A program made the position numbers and the translations under genes. 64,000 nt of DNA from Octopus vulgaris (lineage: Eukaryota). The notes under the pieces were generated by a model. The model made no database searches. It was not told the origin of the DNA and saw nothing but the letters and a program-made list of their open reading frames with translations. Shown piece by piece: positions 1 through 17,195 of the stretch. How positions within the stretch are numbered: the stretch's first letter is position 1; every line of letters begins with the position of its first letter. The stretch lies in NCBI GenBank assembly GCA_951406725.2, contig OX597819.1, positions 52,018,001 to 52,082,000 of the forward strand, in the 5' to 3' direction.

Positions 1-439
1 TCCCAAAATCTTAGCGTATAAATAGATATTCACATGTCTGGCACGCAACACATTCATAAAACAAAATATATAGACCGGTACTGACACCAAATACTTGCAC
101 ATATACATACACATGCATGCACCACTACCCTGTTGAGGTTGTTGAAGTTCCAGTAAATTAGCCTTGAACTGAGTTTAGAAACCAACACTTTCTCCATTGG
201 CGATCAATCTAGAAATAAAGCTAAATGGCCTACATACATACATACATACATACATACATACATACATACATACATACATTCATACATACATACATACATA
301 CATACATACATACATACATACATACATACATACATACATACATACATACATACATGGCCTGTTTATCTACGTCTTCTCCCATGACAAATGATACCATTTC
401 CACACAATTTATAATGATGCCGCTATATCGAGGTGTGAA

Positions 440-960
440 AAGTAAAATGACAGAGGAAATTCTTTGGCAAACCTTGAAAATATGTAAACCAGAGCTTGTT
501 GTATTCGATAAAAAAAAAATCATAACGATTTTACAGTACTAGAGCTAATACCACCACTTGGAGTACCAAACGGGACACTTGAATATATGTGTAACTTGGA
601 CATGAATACTAGGTAGACATCAGTTGCCATTGGTCACTTCCATATCAACAGAAACACTGATAAGATACCATGCTAGACAGAAGGACAAAGATTCATAATG
701 TCCGAGTAAACGGCCTCTGTATTCTGTATCTTATCACTCTGGCAACAAACACCTTACAGCACACAAACCCAAGCAGCCGGTTCTCATTTGCAGCTACTGC
801 ATTAAATGCATCGGGTTATTTAACGTCAGATTTGCATAAAAGCCTAAAAGTGCTAGGGTTTTCCGTGAAGCAACAAAGCAAACTGACACTCGTCCTTCAA
901 GTCAAATCGATTACTAGTGATCGATTATTTATGAGGAATTTTAATGATTTTGATACTCCC
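440..960 (+). pseudogene. Decayed R4/Dong-like non-LTR retrotransposon C-terminal (restriction-like endonuclease) remnant
   Basis: Fragments KPELVVFDKKK..TILQ and PSSRFSFAATALNASGYLTSDLHKSLKVLGFS..QQSKLTLVLQVKSITS resemble the RPDIVVWDK and IIGALGYV..L..LGF motifs at the end of RLE-type LINE proteins. Interrupted and highly diverged. Confidence 0.5.
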
Positions 961-980
961 CATTTGAGTTTGTTTTAGTC

Positions 981-1303
981 TTTTTATTCTTTTACTTGTT
1001 TCAGTCATTTGACTGCGGCCATGCTGGAGCACCGCCTTTTAGTTGAAGAAATCTACCCCAGGACTTATTCTTTGTAAGCCTAGTACTTATTCTATCGGGG
1101 TTTTTTTTACCGAACCGTTAAGTTATGGGGAGGTAAACTCAGCAACATCGGTTGTCAAATGAGCGGGAGGCGGGGGGTGAACAAACACAGATACAAAGAC
1201 ACACACACATATATGTGCGACAGGCTTCTGTCAGTTTCCGTCTTCCAAATCTACTCACAAGGCTTTAATCGGCCCGAGGCTATTGTAGAAGACACTTTCC
1301 CAA
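981..1303 (-). mobile_element. SINE family A (tRNA-derived, internal microsatellite), partial
   Basis: Reverse complement of the family A body and tail seen at 1414-1800. Confidence 0.85.
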
Positions 1304-1413
1304 AGCACATAATTTTATACATATATACTGACAGGGATCATAACCACCCAAAAGCAACGGTGGAGAATTCCCTATAATGATGAGTCAGTTTCGATACATA
1401 TATATCAGTATAT

Positions 1414-1800
1414 GAGCGACTGTGTGGTAAGTGGCTTGCTTACCAACAACATGGTTCCGGGTTCAGTCCCACTGCGTGGCACCTTCTACTATAGCATCGG
1501 GCCGACCAAAGCCTTGTGAGTGGATTTGGTAGACGGAAACTGAAAGAAGCCCGTCGTATATATGTATATGTATATATATATATATGTGTGCATGTATGTT
1601 TGTGTGTCTGTGTTTGTCCCCCTAGCATTGCTTGACAACCGATGCTGGTGTGTTTATGTCCCCGTCACTTAGCAGTTCGGCAAAAGAGACCGATAGAATA
1701 AGTACTGGGCTTACAAAGAATAAGTTCCGGGGTCGATTTGCTCGACTAAAGGCGGTGCTCCAGCATGGCCGCAGTTAACTGACTGAAACAAATAAAAGAG
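1414..1800 (+). mobile_element. SINE family A, near full length
   Basis: tRNA-like head (TGTGTGGTAAG...GGTTCAGTCCC), body GGATTTGGTAGACGGAAACTGAAAGAAGCCCGTCG, internal (TA/TG)n, tail GGCGGTGCTCCAGCATGGCCGCAG...GAAACAAATAAAAGAG. More than 10 copies or fragments occur in the window. Confidence 0.9.
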
Positions 1801-1807
1801 TATATAT

Positions 1808-1919
<112 letters not shown>

Positions 1920-2371
1920 GACAGACAGAGAGACAGAGAGACAGAGAGAGTGTGAGAGATACAGCGGGCTTGTTTTAGTTTCCATCTACCAAATCCATTC
2001 ACAAGGCCTAGGTCAGCCCGAAGGTATATTAGAAGACGGAACCCGAAACCATTTGGCTGGGAAGCAAGCTTCTTACCACATGGCCTCGATTGCGCCTATA
2101 GGGGCCTATTCAGTTGTGAGCATGCAAAGACAGATTCTCGGCGCTGCTGCTCTTGCTTAATGGTGCATACCGGATACAAGAGGCTTGCATAATCACTCGG
2201 TTGGTAATAATTTCTTCAGCTGACTGCATAGAAGCAACGTGAAGTGAAGCGCTTTGCTCAAGGACATAAGAAACAGTTCCTGGTACATTAAACGAACTTG
2301 CTACCTTTATGATCGAGCGCGACATCGTACCCTATAGGCCACGCAATTACACAGGCGTATATGTACATATC

Positions 2372-2595
2372 TATTTCTTTATTAACCACAAGGGGCTAAA
2401 CACAGAGGGGACAAACAAGGACAGACATAGGTATTAAGTCGATTACATCGACCCCAGTGCGTAACTGGTACTTAATTTATCGACCCCGAAAGGATCGAAG
2501 GCAAAGTCGACCTCGGCGGAATTTGAACTCAGAACGTAACGGCAGACGAAATACGGCTACGCATTTCGCCCGGCGTGCTAACGTTTCTGCCAGCT
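2372..2595 (-). mobile_element. SINE family B with 20-bp TSD
   Basis: Body GAGGTCGACTTTGCC..CATCCTTTCGGGGTCGATAAATTAAGTACCAG. Flanked by the direct repeat CAGGCGTATATGTACATATC at 2352-2371 and 2596-2615. Confidence 0.9.
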
Positions 2596-2617
2596 CAGGC
2601 GTATATGTACATATCGT

Positions 2618-2912
2618 GTAGGCACATGGCCTAGTGGTTTGAGCAGCGGACTGGTGGTCGAGGGATCGTAGTTTCGAAGCTCAACCGGGCGATGTGTGTG
2701 ATTATGAGCAAAGCACCTAAGCTCCACGCGGCTCTGGCAGAAGGTAATGGCGAACTTCTGCTGACTCTTTCGCTACAGGTTTCTCTCATTCTTTCCTCCT
2801 GCATGTAGCAGCTCACCTATGACAGACCGGCGTCCCGTCCAGGTGGGGAACCTATACGTCAAGGAAACCGGCCCATGTGAGCCAGGAATGGCTCGAGAAG
2901 GAAGAAACAACA
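2618..2912 (+). mobile_element. SINE family C (tRNA-derived)
   Basis: A-box TGGCCTAGTGG; body CACCTAAGCTCCACGCGGCTCTGGCAGAAGG...ACCGGCGTCCCGTCCAGG. Further copies at 14660-14898 and 46955-47210. Confidence 0.85.
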
Positions 2913-3553
2913 ATATATGCTCTTATCAACCCATATGCTCTCATATTTGCTAATCTCTCTCAGTTTTGATTCAAACAATGAAGTTTTGGCAGTTTGTACA
3001 AGATTCAAATATTACGAATAACTTAAATAAACCTCAAAGAATAGCATACATACATATACACACACACACATACATACATACATACATGCATACATACATA
3101 CATACATACATACATACATACATACATACATACATACATACACACATACATACACACATACATACATACATACGTACGTACGTACATATATGCATACAAA
3201 CATACATACTTACATAAATAAATACATACATATGTACGTACGTACATACGTGCATACATACATATACACACACATACATATTTAAATATACATGCATACA
3301 CAAACACTCACTCAAACGTACTTATTACATATATCTGTATCTATCAATCCCTTTCTATATAAGTGTGTGCGTGTGTGCGTTGATGTGTGTATATAGATAG
3401 ATAGAGAGATACACACATTCACACAAACATAAACAGATACATATTTACATATACATACATATATAAATCCATGCATGTACACACACTCACACAAACATAC
3501 TTATTTATGTATATCTATATCTATTAATCTATTTAACTGTATATCTTTCTATT

Positions 3554-3584
<31 letters not shown>

Positions 3585-4332
3585 CTCTGTATATATATAC
3601 ATACAGACATATTTACGTTTATATACATATATACTAACATTGTATACATACATTACATACATACACGCATACATATATACTAACATTATATACATACATT
3701 ACATAGATACACGCATACATAAATCTACTCATTCATACATACATACATACATACATACATAAATACATACATACATACATACATAAATACATACATACAT
3801 ACATACATGCATACATACATACGTTCATACATACACAAACACAGACATTCAGGCACACAGACAGACAGGCAAATAGGCAGGCAGGCAAAGCTGCACGACT
3901 TCACACCAAAGCTGTAAATATCTATTGTAATAAAAGATTTTAATCCGGACGAAATGGCATGAGGACTATGATGCCATTTGCCAAATGTCAGGAAAAGTGT
4001 AAGACGTCTCCAAAACTGCGGTCGTTTTATATACAAACGACAGTTCATATATACAAATCGGGCATAGATTTTGTGTAACAGTAACATCAGAGTGGTGAAG
4101 TACATACGGCGCGCACGCACACAGACACAGACACAGACACACACACACACATACACATACACGCACAAACACACTCACACAGAGGGCACGCACAAAAATT
4201 CTCCATAAGAGCAAACTTAGACACATACATACATACATACATACATACATACATACATACATACATACATACATACATACTTAAAAACAAACATTCGTAC
4301 ATACAGACAGACATTCATATATATATATATAA

Positions 4333-4381
<49 letters not shown>

Positions 4382-4914
4382 CATATGTATGTATGTATGT
4401 ATACATATATGTATGTATGTATACATATATTCTCAATATAAAATAGTATACATTTAAACACGTATATATATATATATATATATATACATATATACATTCA
4501 CGCATTCAACTATACATTCATATATACGTACACACAAAGATACATACATATATAGATATATACATTCATGTATACATACATACTATTTATCAATACATCC
4601 TTACATACATACACGCACACACATACATACATACATACATACATACATACATACATACATACATACATACATACATACATGAATGCATACATACTTGCAT
4701 GCATGCATACATACATACATGCATACATGAATACATACATACTTACATGCATGCATACATGCATAGATGCATGCATACATACATGCATACATACATACAT
4801 AAATAAGGATTTATAACCAGTCATACACTTAAATTCTTTCAGAATTTCCTATATATACATACAGGCATACATAAGATGTACATATATACACAAGTAAGAG
4901 TGTTTGCATTCCTG

Positions 4915-4964
<50 letters not shown>

Positions 4965-5231
4965 TGCATGTATGCATACTTTTAGATACGTAGACAAACT
5001 CACACACATTTACACACTCAAGGTCGCACGTTCAGACAAAGAAAAATGTCAAAGTGCGGTTGGGGTTGTCTATGTGTGTGTGTGTGTGTGAGTACATCTC
5101 TATATATGTATGTATATACACACACGCACATATGTGTATATATATATATGCATGTATGTATATATTTATATATATTTTAGAGAGAGAGTGAGAGAGAGAG
5201 AGACAGACAGACAGGTAGATAGATAGATAGA

Positions 5232-7005
<1,774 letters not shown>

Positions 7006-7419
7006 AGTAAAGAGGTAAACCGATCAAGTGAGTGAAAGAGTGATTGATAGATACATACATAGGCACATATAGATATACATATATATACATACATATGTGC
7101 TCACATACGCGTACCTATGTATATATATATATACATACAACATTACAACATAAAAATTTCTATATCCCTCTCTGTCTTTCCCTCTCTCTATCTCCCCACT
7201 CATTCTCTCTTCCCCCCCCTCTCTCTCTCCCTTCATATGTTCACACTTACATGCAAACACATTCTCTTCTTCTCAAAATCATAAGGCGGTGTATGTATGC
7301 ATCTGTGTCCTACGTGTGAATAAACGTATGTCAGTATATATGTGTATATAAGTATCCACATACTTATATGTATATGTATATACACAGGGATAAATACACA
7401 CGCATACGCAAACACGCAA

Positions 7420-7478
<59 letters not shown>

Positions 7479-7743
7479 TACATACGCACAGATATATATA
7501 TATACAGATATATATGTATATATATATACATATACATATATACATGCATACAAATATACATATATACGTATATATATATGCATATATATGCATGTATATA
7601 TATATAGATATATATACATATATACATACATACAAGGAAATTTACACATATACATTTACACATATATGAAAATGTTCTTAAAGATTAAAAAAAAATGCCT
7701 AGTTATATGTTTATATGTATATGTGTGTGTATATGTGTGTGTG

Positions 7744-7775
<32 letters not shown>

Positions 7776-7794
7776 TATATGTATACATATATGC

Positions 7795-7839
<45 letters not shown>

Positions 7840-8311
7840 TATATACATATTTATATGTACATACACAAACATACACGCATATATATATACGTAAATATAC
7901 ATAGATACATAGATATTCACAAATAAAAACTAAAACCTCCACCCTGTGACATCCCCACACACATATCCTTTTTCATTGTGTTTGAATACAATGACATAAA
8001 ACTGACTAGAATTGGAAGTATGCGGAATACACACATACATGCATATATATATATTTATATATATATATATATATATACACGCTCACACACAAACACGCGC
8101 GCGCGCACTACGATGCACTAACGCGCACACATACATAGCCACATGACAGATATATATATACAGATATATGTTCATATATATGTATGTATGTGTGTGTTTT
8201 ATATATATATATGTGTGTGTGTGTTTGTGTGTATATATGTATGCATATAATCTGTGCAGACATACATAGTTATTTGTGCATGTATACATATAATCTATGT
8301 ATTACCTCAAG

Positions 8312-8356
<45 letters not shown>

Positions 8357-8461
8357 TACTTGCATACCCACATATATATATATGGATATATATATACACA
8401 TATAAGCATATGTTTGTATTCATATAAAATCTATACAAAACACACAGAACTATACACACAC

Positions 8462-8535
<74 letters not shown>

Positions 8536-8537
8536 GT

Positions 8538-8588
<51 letters not shown>

Positions 8589-9248
8589 TACATATACATA
8601 TATACATACATACATATATTCATGTTTATACATTCACATTTATAATTTATATATATATAAATACACACGCACGCACGCGCGCACACGCACACATACACAC
8701 ATACACACGTAACTATGAAATCCTATCTACATACAATGTTACCCATATTTGGTTATATATTATAGTAAAACATCAGACAACTGTTTTTTTACAACGATTT
8801 AGTATTTTCTCCAATGAACCGCCATTGCAACCTTCCCACACGTCGCCACGCCATCGCCACAACCACTTCCACCACCACCATGCTTTGTACAGCAATACCA
8901 CCATTGTACATACTGCCATACATACATACATACATATAAGCATGTATGCATACATATGCCTACATATAAATGTACATTGCTATATACATATGCGTAAATA
9001 TATACATACATGCATACATACATACACATGCACACATACATATATACATGCATACATACATACATACATATACATACATACATACATACATACATACATA
9101 CATACATACATGCATGCATACATTCAAGCATACATACATACGTACGTACGTACGTACGTACATACATACATACATACATACATACATACACACATACACA
9201 TACATATATACATGCATACATACATACATACATACATACATACATACA

Positions 9249-9280
<32 letters not shown>

Positions 9281-10283
9281 CATACATACATGCATACATT
9301 CATGCATACATGCATATATTTTCACGTCTATATATTCTTCAGCATTTTTGAGAACCAATTAAGCAGCAGCTTAATAGTTACCAAATCACCTTCAAAATAT
9401 TCCCAACCGTTTGAAACGAGGAAATCACACTGAATTATTAAGGTGGTGAGCTGACAGAATTTAGCATGCCGGAGAAAATGCTTCGCAGCATTTCTTCCGA
9501 TTTTTTTTATGTTCTGAGTTGAAATGCCATCGATTTCAACCCTGCCTTTTGTCCTTTTAAGATCGATAAAATAAATACCAGTTAAACATTGCGGTCAATT
9601 TCAAGCCATGTGCCTATAGTGAAGAAAAATTATTAACACTTAGATAAGATGGTAATGCTGGTAGGGTCGTTGCAAGCCGGACAAAATGCTTAATGGCAAT
9701 CTATCCATCTTTTTACATTTTGCGTTTAAATGCCTCAGAGGGGACTTTGCGTTTCATCTTTACGGAACGATAAAATATGAACCTGTTGGACACTGGGATC
9801 GAATATGATCAATATTACCTCTGCCGCTTAAATCTGTTGGCTTTGTGCCAAATCATTACGATATTTATTACTGAAAATATGTCAGGATGGGCATCGCTGT
9901 AACACGGCTCAACATAGTTTTGCCTGATCCCAGAAAATCTAGGGTCAAAAGAAGATCCACAGTAACAATCACTAAAACTATCTCCATCTTTTAAGCCACT
10001 ACCACGGATGCATTCAGCATCAAAATCACCAGCACTACAAGACACACGACTACCATTATCATTAATATTATTACACCCATCACAAAACACCAACTTCCAC
10101 TATTAACGTAACCCCTCCACCCCTACCACCCCACTACCACAACAAACCTCATTTACCACCACCATTAACGCTACAACGTTCACTACCATCACTATAACCA
10201 CTATCATCATCACTATGATCACCACAATCAATACCACCCTTAGTATCACCACAACCATCAATCACGAGCACTACCATCATCAT

Positions 10284-10316
<33 letters not shown>

Positions 10317-10948
10317 AAAACTCCAATTACCTTCTACAACTTACTACAATCCACATGACCATCAACCATCAACCACCACACCACAACTACCACCAACACC
10401 ACCACTCCTATCACTACCATCACCACCGGCATCCCCATCACTACTACTACTATTACCGCCTCCATAAAACTCCAATCATCATCCATATCTAACCAAAATT
10501 ACCACCAACATCGCCGCCACTATCGTCACCATCGGCACCACAAACACCATCATCACCTCTTCCACCACTACCACTACCACCCTCTACCAAAAGCCAACTG
10601 TAAACTATCACCAGTAATATTGCAGCAATTAGCAAAGCCCTCCCTGGTACATATACTACAGCTACTGCCTCCTCCCCGGCTACAATTTAATATCATCACC
10701 ACTGTCAGGTCCCTATGCCCATTGTTACAGCCATCACGAAAAGCCCCACCTCTAAACTATCCACCATCAAACTACTACGACCGCAACATCTAAAACCCCC
10801 CTCTTTACCATCACTATCATCATCATCATCATCACTATTGCTATAGTACTCTAGGAAATCTATTGATTGAAGTCTATTTATTTATCAATCCCAGCCGTGC
10901 GTGTGTGTGTGTGTGTGTGTGTGCGTGCGTGTGTGTGTGCACGCGCGC

Positions 10949-10981
<33 letters not shown>

Positions 10982-11128
10982 TGTGCGTGTGTGTCTACGA
11001 ATATTTATATAAAGACATTCAGATACACACTCGTTTACATGTATATATGTATATCTAAAATAAGTATGCATCTATATGTATATATACATATACATATATA
11101 TATATATATGTATGTATATATATATATG

Positions 11129-11189
<61 letters not shown>

Positions 11190-11376
11190 ATATATAAACG
11201 TATATATGCACACACATATATATGTGTGTGTGTATGTATATATATATTAGTGTATAGAAATCGAATGTACATGAATATGTATATACATATAAGTCTATAT
11301 ATTATATATTGTAGATGGATAGATATACCCATATATAAGTACATATATAAAAATATATATACACATATATACATAC

Positions 11377-11420
<44 letters not shown>

Positions 11421-11428
11421 GCTTATAC

Positions 11429-11463
<35 letters not shown>

Positions 11464-11965
11464 TTTATATATAAATACATAAATATGTACGCAAGCGCAC
11501 TCACACATACACACACATATCCATATGATAAATATAAATATCTATAGGTATGTGACTATATGTACATATATGTGTGTATGTGTGCGTGTTATGTGCGTTC
11601 ATCTGCGCCTGTATACGTATGTTATGTATTTCATTGGGAATTTTATAAAAAGAAACTTTCAGACATGACTTTATCTATTTTGTTTGTTTCTTTTCCATTT
11701 TTACCCTGCAACATTTTGTCTTTTTCTTTTACAAAACACCATTTCCATATTTTTTTACCCCTCCATCTTTCTTTACCTTCATCCCCACCTTCATATCTTC
11801 ACAAATCTTGCATTGTTTTGTTGGGTGGTTTTTTTTTGTATTGGTTTTGTGTTTTTTTACTCCTATCTCTTATTGTCATGTATGTGTGTGTGTGCGTATG
11901 CATATGCAGAGAAATATGTATATGAGTGTAACTGTATGTGTGTTTGTGTATATGTATATATATAA

Positions 11966-12008
<43 letters not shown>

Positions 12009-12068
12009 ACTCAGATATTCAGAAATATGCGTCTATGTATAGGTGAATAAATGTATGCATATATATAC

Positions 12069-12111
<43 letters not shown>

Positions 12112-12206
12112 CATGTATAGATATGTACGTATATGTTTGTGTATATATATGTATATATATATATATCCATGTATGTATATCTATATATAAATATGTATAT
12201 ACACAC

Positions 12207-12247
<41 letters not shown>

Positions 12248-13824
12248 TTTATGCACAAATATAGATGTACATGTATATATACATACATGTATATGTATGT
12301 ATGTGTACATAAGTATATTTGTATGTATGAATTATGTATGCATATATATGTGTGTGTGTGTATATATACGTATATACATATATAAATACATATACATACA
12401 GATATTGGCACCCTATACTAAACGCCTTTCTCTAACTCTTAGTTCTCTCCATCTCCCGCTCTCTCCTTCCCCTCCTCTTCTCCGTTTCCATCCCATCTTC
12501 ACTCTCTTGTCTCTCGTTTCCTCTAATTTTTTCCCCATCTCTCTCTTCCTTACCATTGTTTCATATTTATGCTTCTTCTGTAATTCGTCCATATTTTTTT
12601 TTTTTTCCTTTTTCCTATTTTTCTCAGAACGCCCGCTCTGTTTTTTTTCATATTTGTTTATTATTTATTTATTTATTTATTTATTGAAGTATTACTTATT
12701 CATTTATTTATTTATTTATTTATTTATTTATCTATTTTACGTCTCGTTTTACTTTTTTTCGTCTCTCTCCGTCTTTCATTTATTTTTTTTTTCTACTTTT
12801 CCTGTCTTTATTTGTTAATCTTGTCCTCCAACATCACCTATTTTCATTTTTTTGACATTGTCTTCCATCTTCTATTCCTCTAATATTGGTTTCTTATTTT
12901 TTTTATTATTGCTTTTTTTTGGTTCTGTTTCTTTTTACCATATTAATAAAAGTCGCCCCCCCATACCCGTTCATTCTTCTTTTCGATTTTTGGTTGTTTT
13001 CTCATTCCCTGTCTTTCTCTCTTTATCTTTCATTTTTTCTATCATTTCAATCAGTACTCACCCACATCTTTCCCTTCTTCCCTTTCTCATTCCTCTCGTC
13101 TTTCTTATTCTTCTCTTTCTTCATCTTCTTCGCCTCTTTCTGCTCTTTCTTCGTTCCCTGTCCCTGTCCCACCTCCTCATTATTAATCTTATTTTTATTC
13201 TTCTTATTCTTTTTTTCTTCATCTCCTTGTCTTCCTTCTTCGTCTCCTCCTGCTCCTCTTCTTTTTCTGTATTTTTTTTACTTCTTCATCACCCCTCTTC
13301 TCTTTTCCCTCCTTCTTTGTTACCTTCCCATTTTCTTCTTTTTCTCTTTTTCTTCTTTTTCTTCTTCTTCTTCTTCTTCTTCTTCTTCTTCTTCTTCTTC
13401 TTCTTCTTCTTCTTCTTCTTCTACTTCCCCCTCCTCCTCCTTCTTCTCCCCTTTATCTTCTTCTTCAATTCTTTTTTTCTTAAAAATAAAGAAGGAACAT
13501 TCTTGAAGCTGAATGAAAATTTTCTATTAAAAAAAAAGAGAAAAACAAATAATAATAAACGTCACTTTGAAGTTAAAGAAACGTTTCATTGTGGAGAACG
13601 AAGAATTGCTAAATGAAGAATGGAAGTTAAATCGAAAAACAATATTTAATTAACTTTTATTAATTAGTGTAACATAAAACAAATATGACAGAAGAGAAAA
13701 AAAAACATCATCTCACCTTTACTTCATTTAGTAACACTGAAGTTCTCGACAAATATTTAAACGTCACAACTTTATATTTCTCATTGCTCTAAAATGTTGC
13801 ATATTTGTTCCTAGTTAGAAAGTA

Positions 13825-14397
13825 TTGGGTTGTCCGGAAAGTTCGTGCCGATTTTTAAAAGAAAGAAAAAGGTCAATAAATAGTTGCCATTACCCAAGCT
13901 TTACCAGATGCTCATGAACGACGGATTTCGATAGGTTGAGGCTTTTTGCCAATTCTCGGGTTGTGCAATGTGGGTTATTCTCAATTAATGACTTGATTTG
14001 GTCATCATCTGTAGTGGATGGTCTGCCTGATCGTTCTTTATCAATAAGACTACAATCTCCAGCTCGGAACCTTGCAACCACTTCCGTACAGTTCTTTCGG
14101 ATAAAGAAACATCACCGTAAACTGCGCATATTTCTTTGATTGCTTGTGAGGCATTTTTCCCTTTATGGAAAAAGAAAAGCATCAAGTGCCGAAAATAAAC
14201 TTTCTTATCTTCCATTGTAAAGGGTTACAGAATTAAAACAGGTTATAGGAACATAAACCTTCTTCCACGAAAAGGTAGCTTAAACTGTGCTCTAAATGGA
14301 GGTGAGGTCACATCCTATTTTATAGACTCAAACATGTTCTAAAATAAGTCGAAAGGTAAGCTACTATAAATCGGCACGAAGTTTCCGGACAACCCAA
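13825..14397 (-). mobile_element. Internally deleted mariner transposon (mellifera-subfamily-like)
   Basis: 30-bp TIRs TTGGGTTGTCCGGAAAGTTCGTGCCGATTT at 13825-13854 and 14368-14397 (1 mismatch), with TA on both sides. Frameshifted transposase N-terminus MEDKKVYFRHLMLFFFHKGKNASQA...W/..RFRAGDCSLIDKERSGRP...TTRELA. The catalytic domain is absent. Confidence 0.93.
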
Positions 14398-14419
14398 TAA
14401 TATCTGTTTTCTGGTAAAG

Positions 14420-14898
14420 GGGCGAGCTGGCAGAAACTTAGCGGTATTTCGTCTGCTGTTACTTTCTGAGTTCAAATTCCGCCGAGGTCGACTTTGCCTT
14501 TCTTCCTTTCGGGGTCGATTAAATAAGCACCAGTTACGCACTGGGGTCGATATAATCGACTTAATCCGTCTGTGTTTAGCCCCTTGTGGGTAGTAAAGAA
14601 ATAGGTATTTCGTCTGTCTTTAAGTTCTTAGTTAAAATTTCACCGAAGTCGACTTTGCCACTCACCGGGCGATGTTTGTGTTTATGAGCGAAACACCTAA
14701 GCTCCACGCGGCTCCGGCAGAAGGTAATGGCGAACTTCTGCTGACTCTTTCGCTAAAACATTCTCTCACTCTTTCCTCCTGCATCTTGCAACACACCTGC
14801 GACTGACCGGCATCCCGTCCAGGCGGGGAACCTATACGCCAAGGAAACCGGGAAACTGGCCCTTATGAGCCAGGCGTGACTCAAGAAAGAACAAACAC
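14420..14898 (+). mobile_element. SINE B (14420-14658) directly followed by 5'-truncated SINE C (14660-14898)
   Basis: Matches to other family B and C copies in the window. Confidence 0.85.
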
Positions 14899-15484
14899 TA
14901 TATTATATATGAAATACACATGCATTATATATGTATTAAATATGTAATAATTATACCCTATATTTTGCACTTTATTGTTTTTTGTTGTACGTCTTGTATG
15001 AAACTGTTCAGCGATGCAAAAAGGTTGCGTGCGGACGCTTCCTTAATAATTACATGTGATACACAGGACATACTTCTCTGACGTTCCCTCACCATTTATG
15101 ATACACATCCCAATCTCTTTTTCAACTATCAAGGTAACTAAGGGCTTATGAAAGGAAAGCTTTCTATTACTCAAAAGATATGAAACAAGAGATAAGTGAA
15201 AGTCAGAAGACAAGCATGGACGCTTAGGACAATATGTTTATCAATATGTTTAGGAAAGGCACAAGATTAGAGCAGCCATTTGTAATTCTTTCGGCCTGTT
15301 TCTGCGTCTGTTACTTAGTATTATTTGTCACTTAAGATTCTCGTCTATTTTCTGTTATTTGCCTATAAGAACAGTAGACAAAGCGTATTAGCTATTATGG
15401 ATTCTATACGTGATTGCCTGAAATAGCACCTAAATCTCCCTTATTCCTCACTGTACAACTTTGAAGAAGAAAAAAAGAAAACAA

Positions 15485-15649
15485 GGAGTGGCTGTGTGGT
15501 AAGTAACTTGCTTACCAACCACATGGTTCCGGGTTCAGTCCCACTGTGTGGCATCTTGGGCAAGTGTCTTCTACTATAGCCTCGGGCCGACCAAAGCTTT
15601 GTGAGTAGATTTGGTAGGCGGAAACTGAAAGAAGCCCGTCATATATATG

Positions 15650-15688
<39 letters not shown>

Positions 15689-15935
15689 GTATGTGTATGT
15701 CTATGTTTGTGTGTCTGTGTTTGTCCCCCCAACACAGAGAGGACAAGCAAGGACAGACAAACGGATTAAGTCGGTTATATTGACCCCAGTGCGTAACTGG
15801 TACTTATTTAATCGACCCGGAAAGGATGAAAGGCAAAGTCGAAATCGGCAGAATTTGAACTCAGAACGTAGCGGCAGATGAAATACCGCTAAGCGTTTCG
15901 CCCGGCTTGCTAACGTTTCTGCCAGCTCGCCTCCT
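15485..15935. mobile_element. SINE A (+, 15485-15731) joined tail-to-tail to SINE B (-, 15732-15935)
   Basis: The family A head and body end at CCCCCCAACAC and continue into reverse-complemented family B (ACAGAGAGGACAAG...GCCAGCTCGCC). Confidence 0.85.
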
Positions 15936-17161
15936 TAATAAGAGCTGTTTCTGGTTTCACGATGCTTTCGCAGTTCCATGCTAGTACTAACATTTAAAAT
16001 TCTAGACCGGACATTTCAAGAAATCCACAACTTAAACAGCAGCGCTAGAAAAATTATTGAACTTTAACATCAACAGTGGTTCTAACTGGATCTACGTTAA
16101 ATGGAGAGATGGACACAGAGGCAATAAAAAAAATGAGTACATCACGTGTATACTCAGCAGCGAAAGGAATAACATAACAAAATGAGGCGAGGAACTTCTG
16201 CACAGGTACTGTGAGTGTACAACTGTTCCAAATGTACCAAGGATAGTCTAACTTCTTTATTCATCATCCAAGTAGGTAGTTATACGTCGGTGCATGTCTC
16301 ACGAGCTGGAGAATACCAGCAATATTCACAGGAAAACCAGCTCATCAAGAAGGAAAGCTACACCTTTAGGGCTCAAGACTTGAAGATACCTATCAAATAT
16401 CTGATCAACGAAAGAGATAAGGATGCCTCTAGACCTTGATGTTAGGACAGAAAATATCTGTTGTACCATACCAGTGTGAAACATAAACCATGTGATCAGT
16501 AGCTATTTCAAAATGCAAAAAAAATAGTCAATGCAACATTGATACTTTGTTAGTTACAAGCTTGAATTGTAGAAAGGAAAATTAAATAAATACTTCAATA
16601 TATTCTTAAATAAAATATGACATAAATACTTAAAGAAAAAATACATGTATACATTATGCGTGCATATAATTATGCATGTAAGTATTACGTATGCGTGAAT
16701 ATATGCATACATGCATGTATACATATATGCAAATGTATATACACATACAGACATCCATCCAGCTATCTTTAATTACATAAGATTATACATACGTAGATAC
16801 GTGCATACAGAGAAAAAATATCTACACATTCGTCAATCCATCTATTTATCCATCCACCTATACATACATATTACCTACCTACCTACCTACCTACCTACCT
16901 ACCTACCTATCTACGTACCTACCTACCTACCTACCTATCTACCTACCTAGCCACATACATACATACATACATACATACATACATACATACATTCATACAT
17001 ACATACATACATACATACATACATACATACATACATACATACATACATAAGTACCACAGTACATGAATACATGAAATATGCATACACACTCATATATACG
17101 TCGATCTACCCAAGCATCGCATCCAACCATACATACATGCTTACATGCATTCATACATACA

Positions 17162-17195
<34 letters not shown>

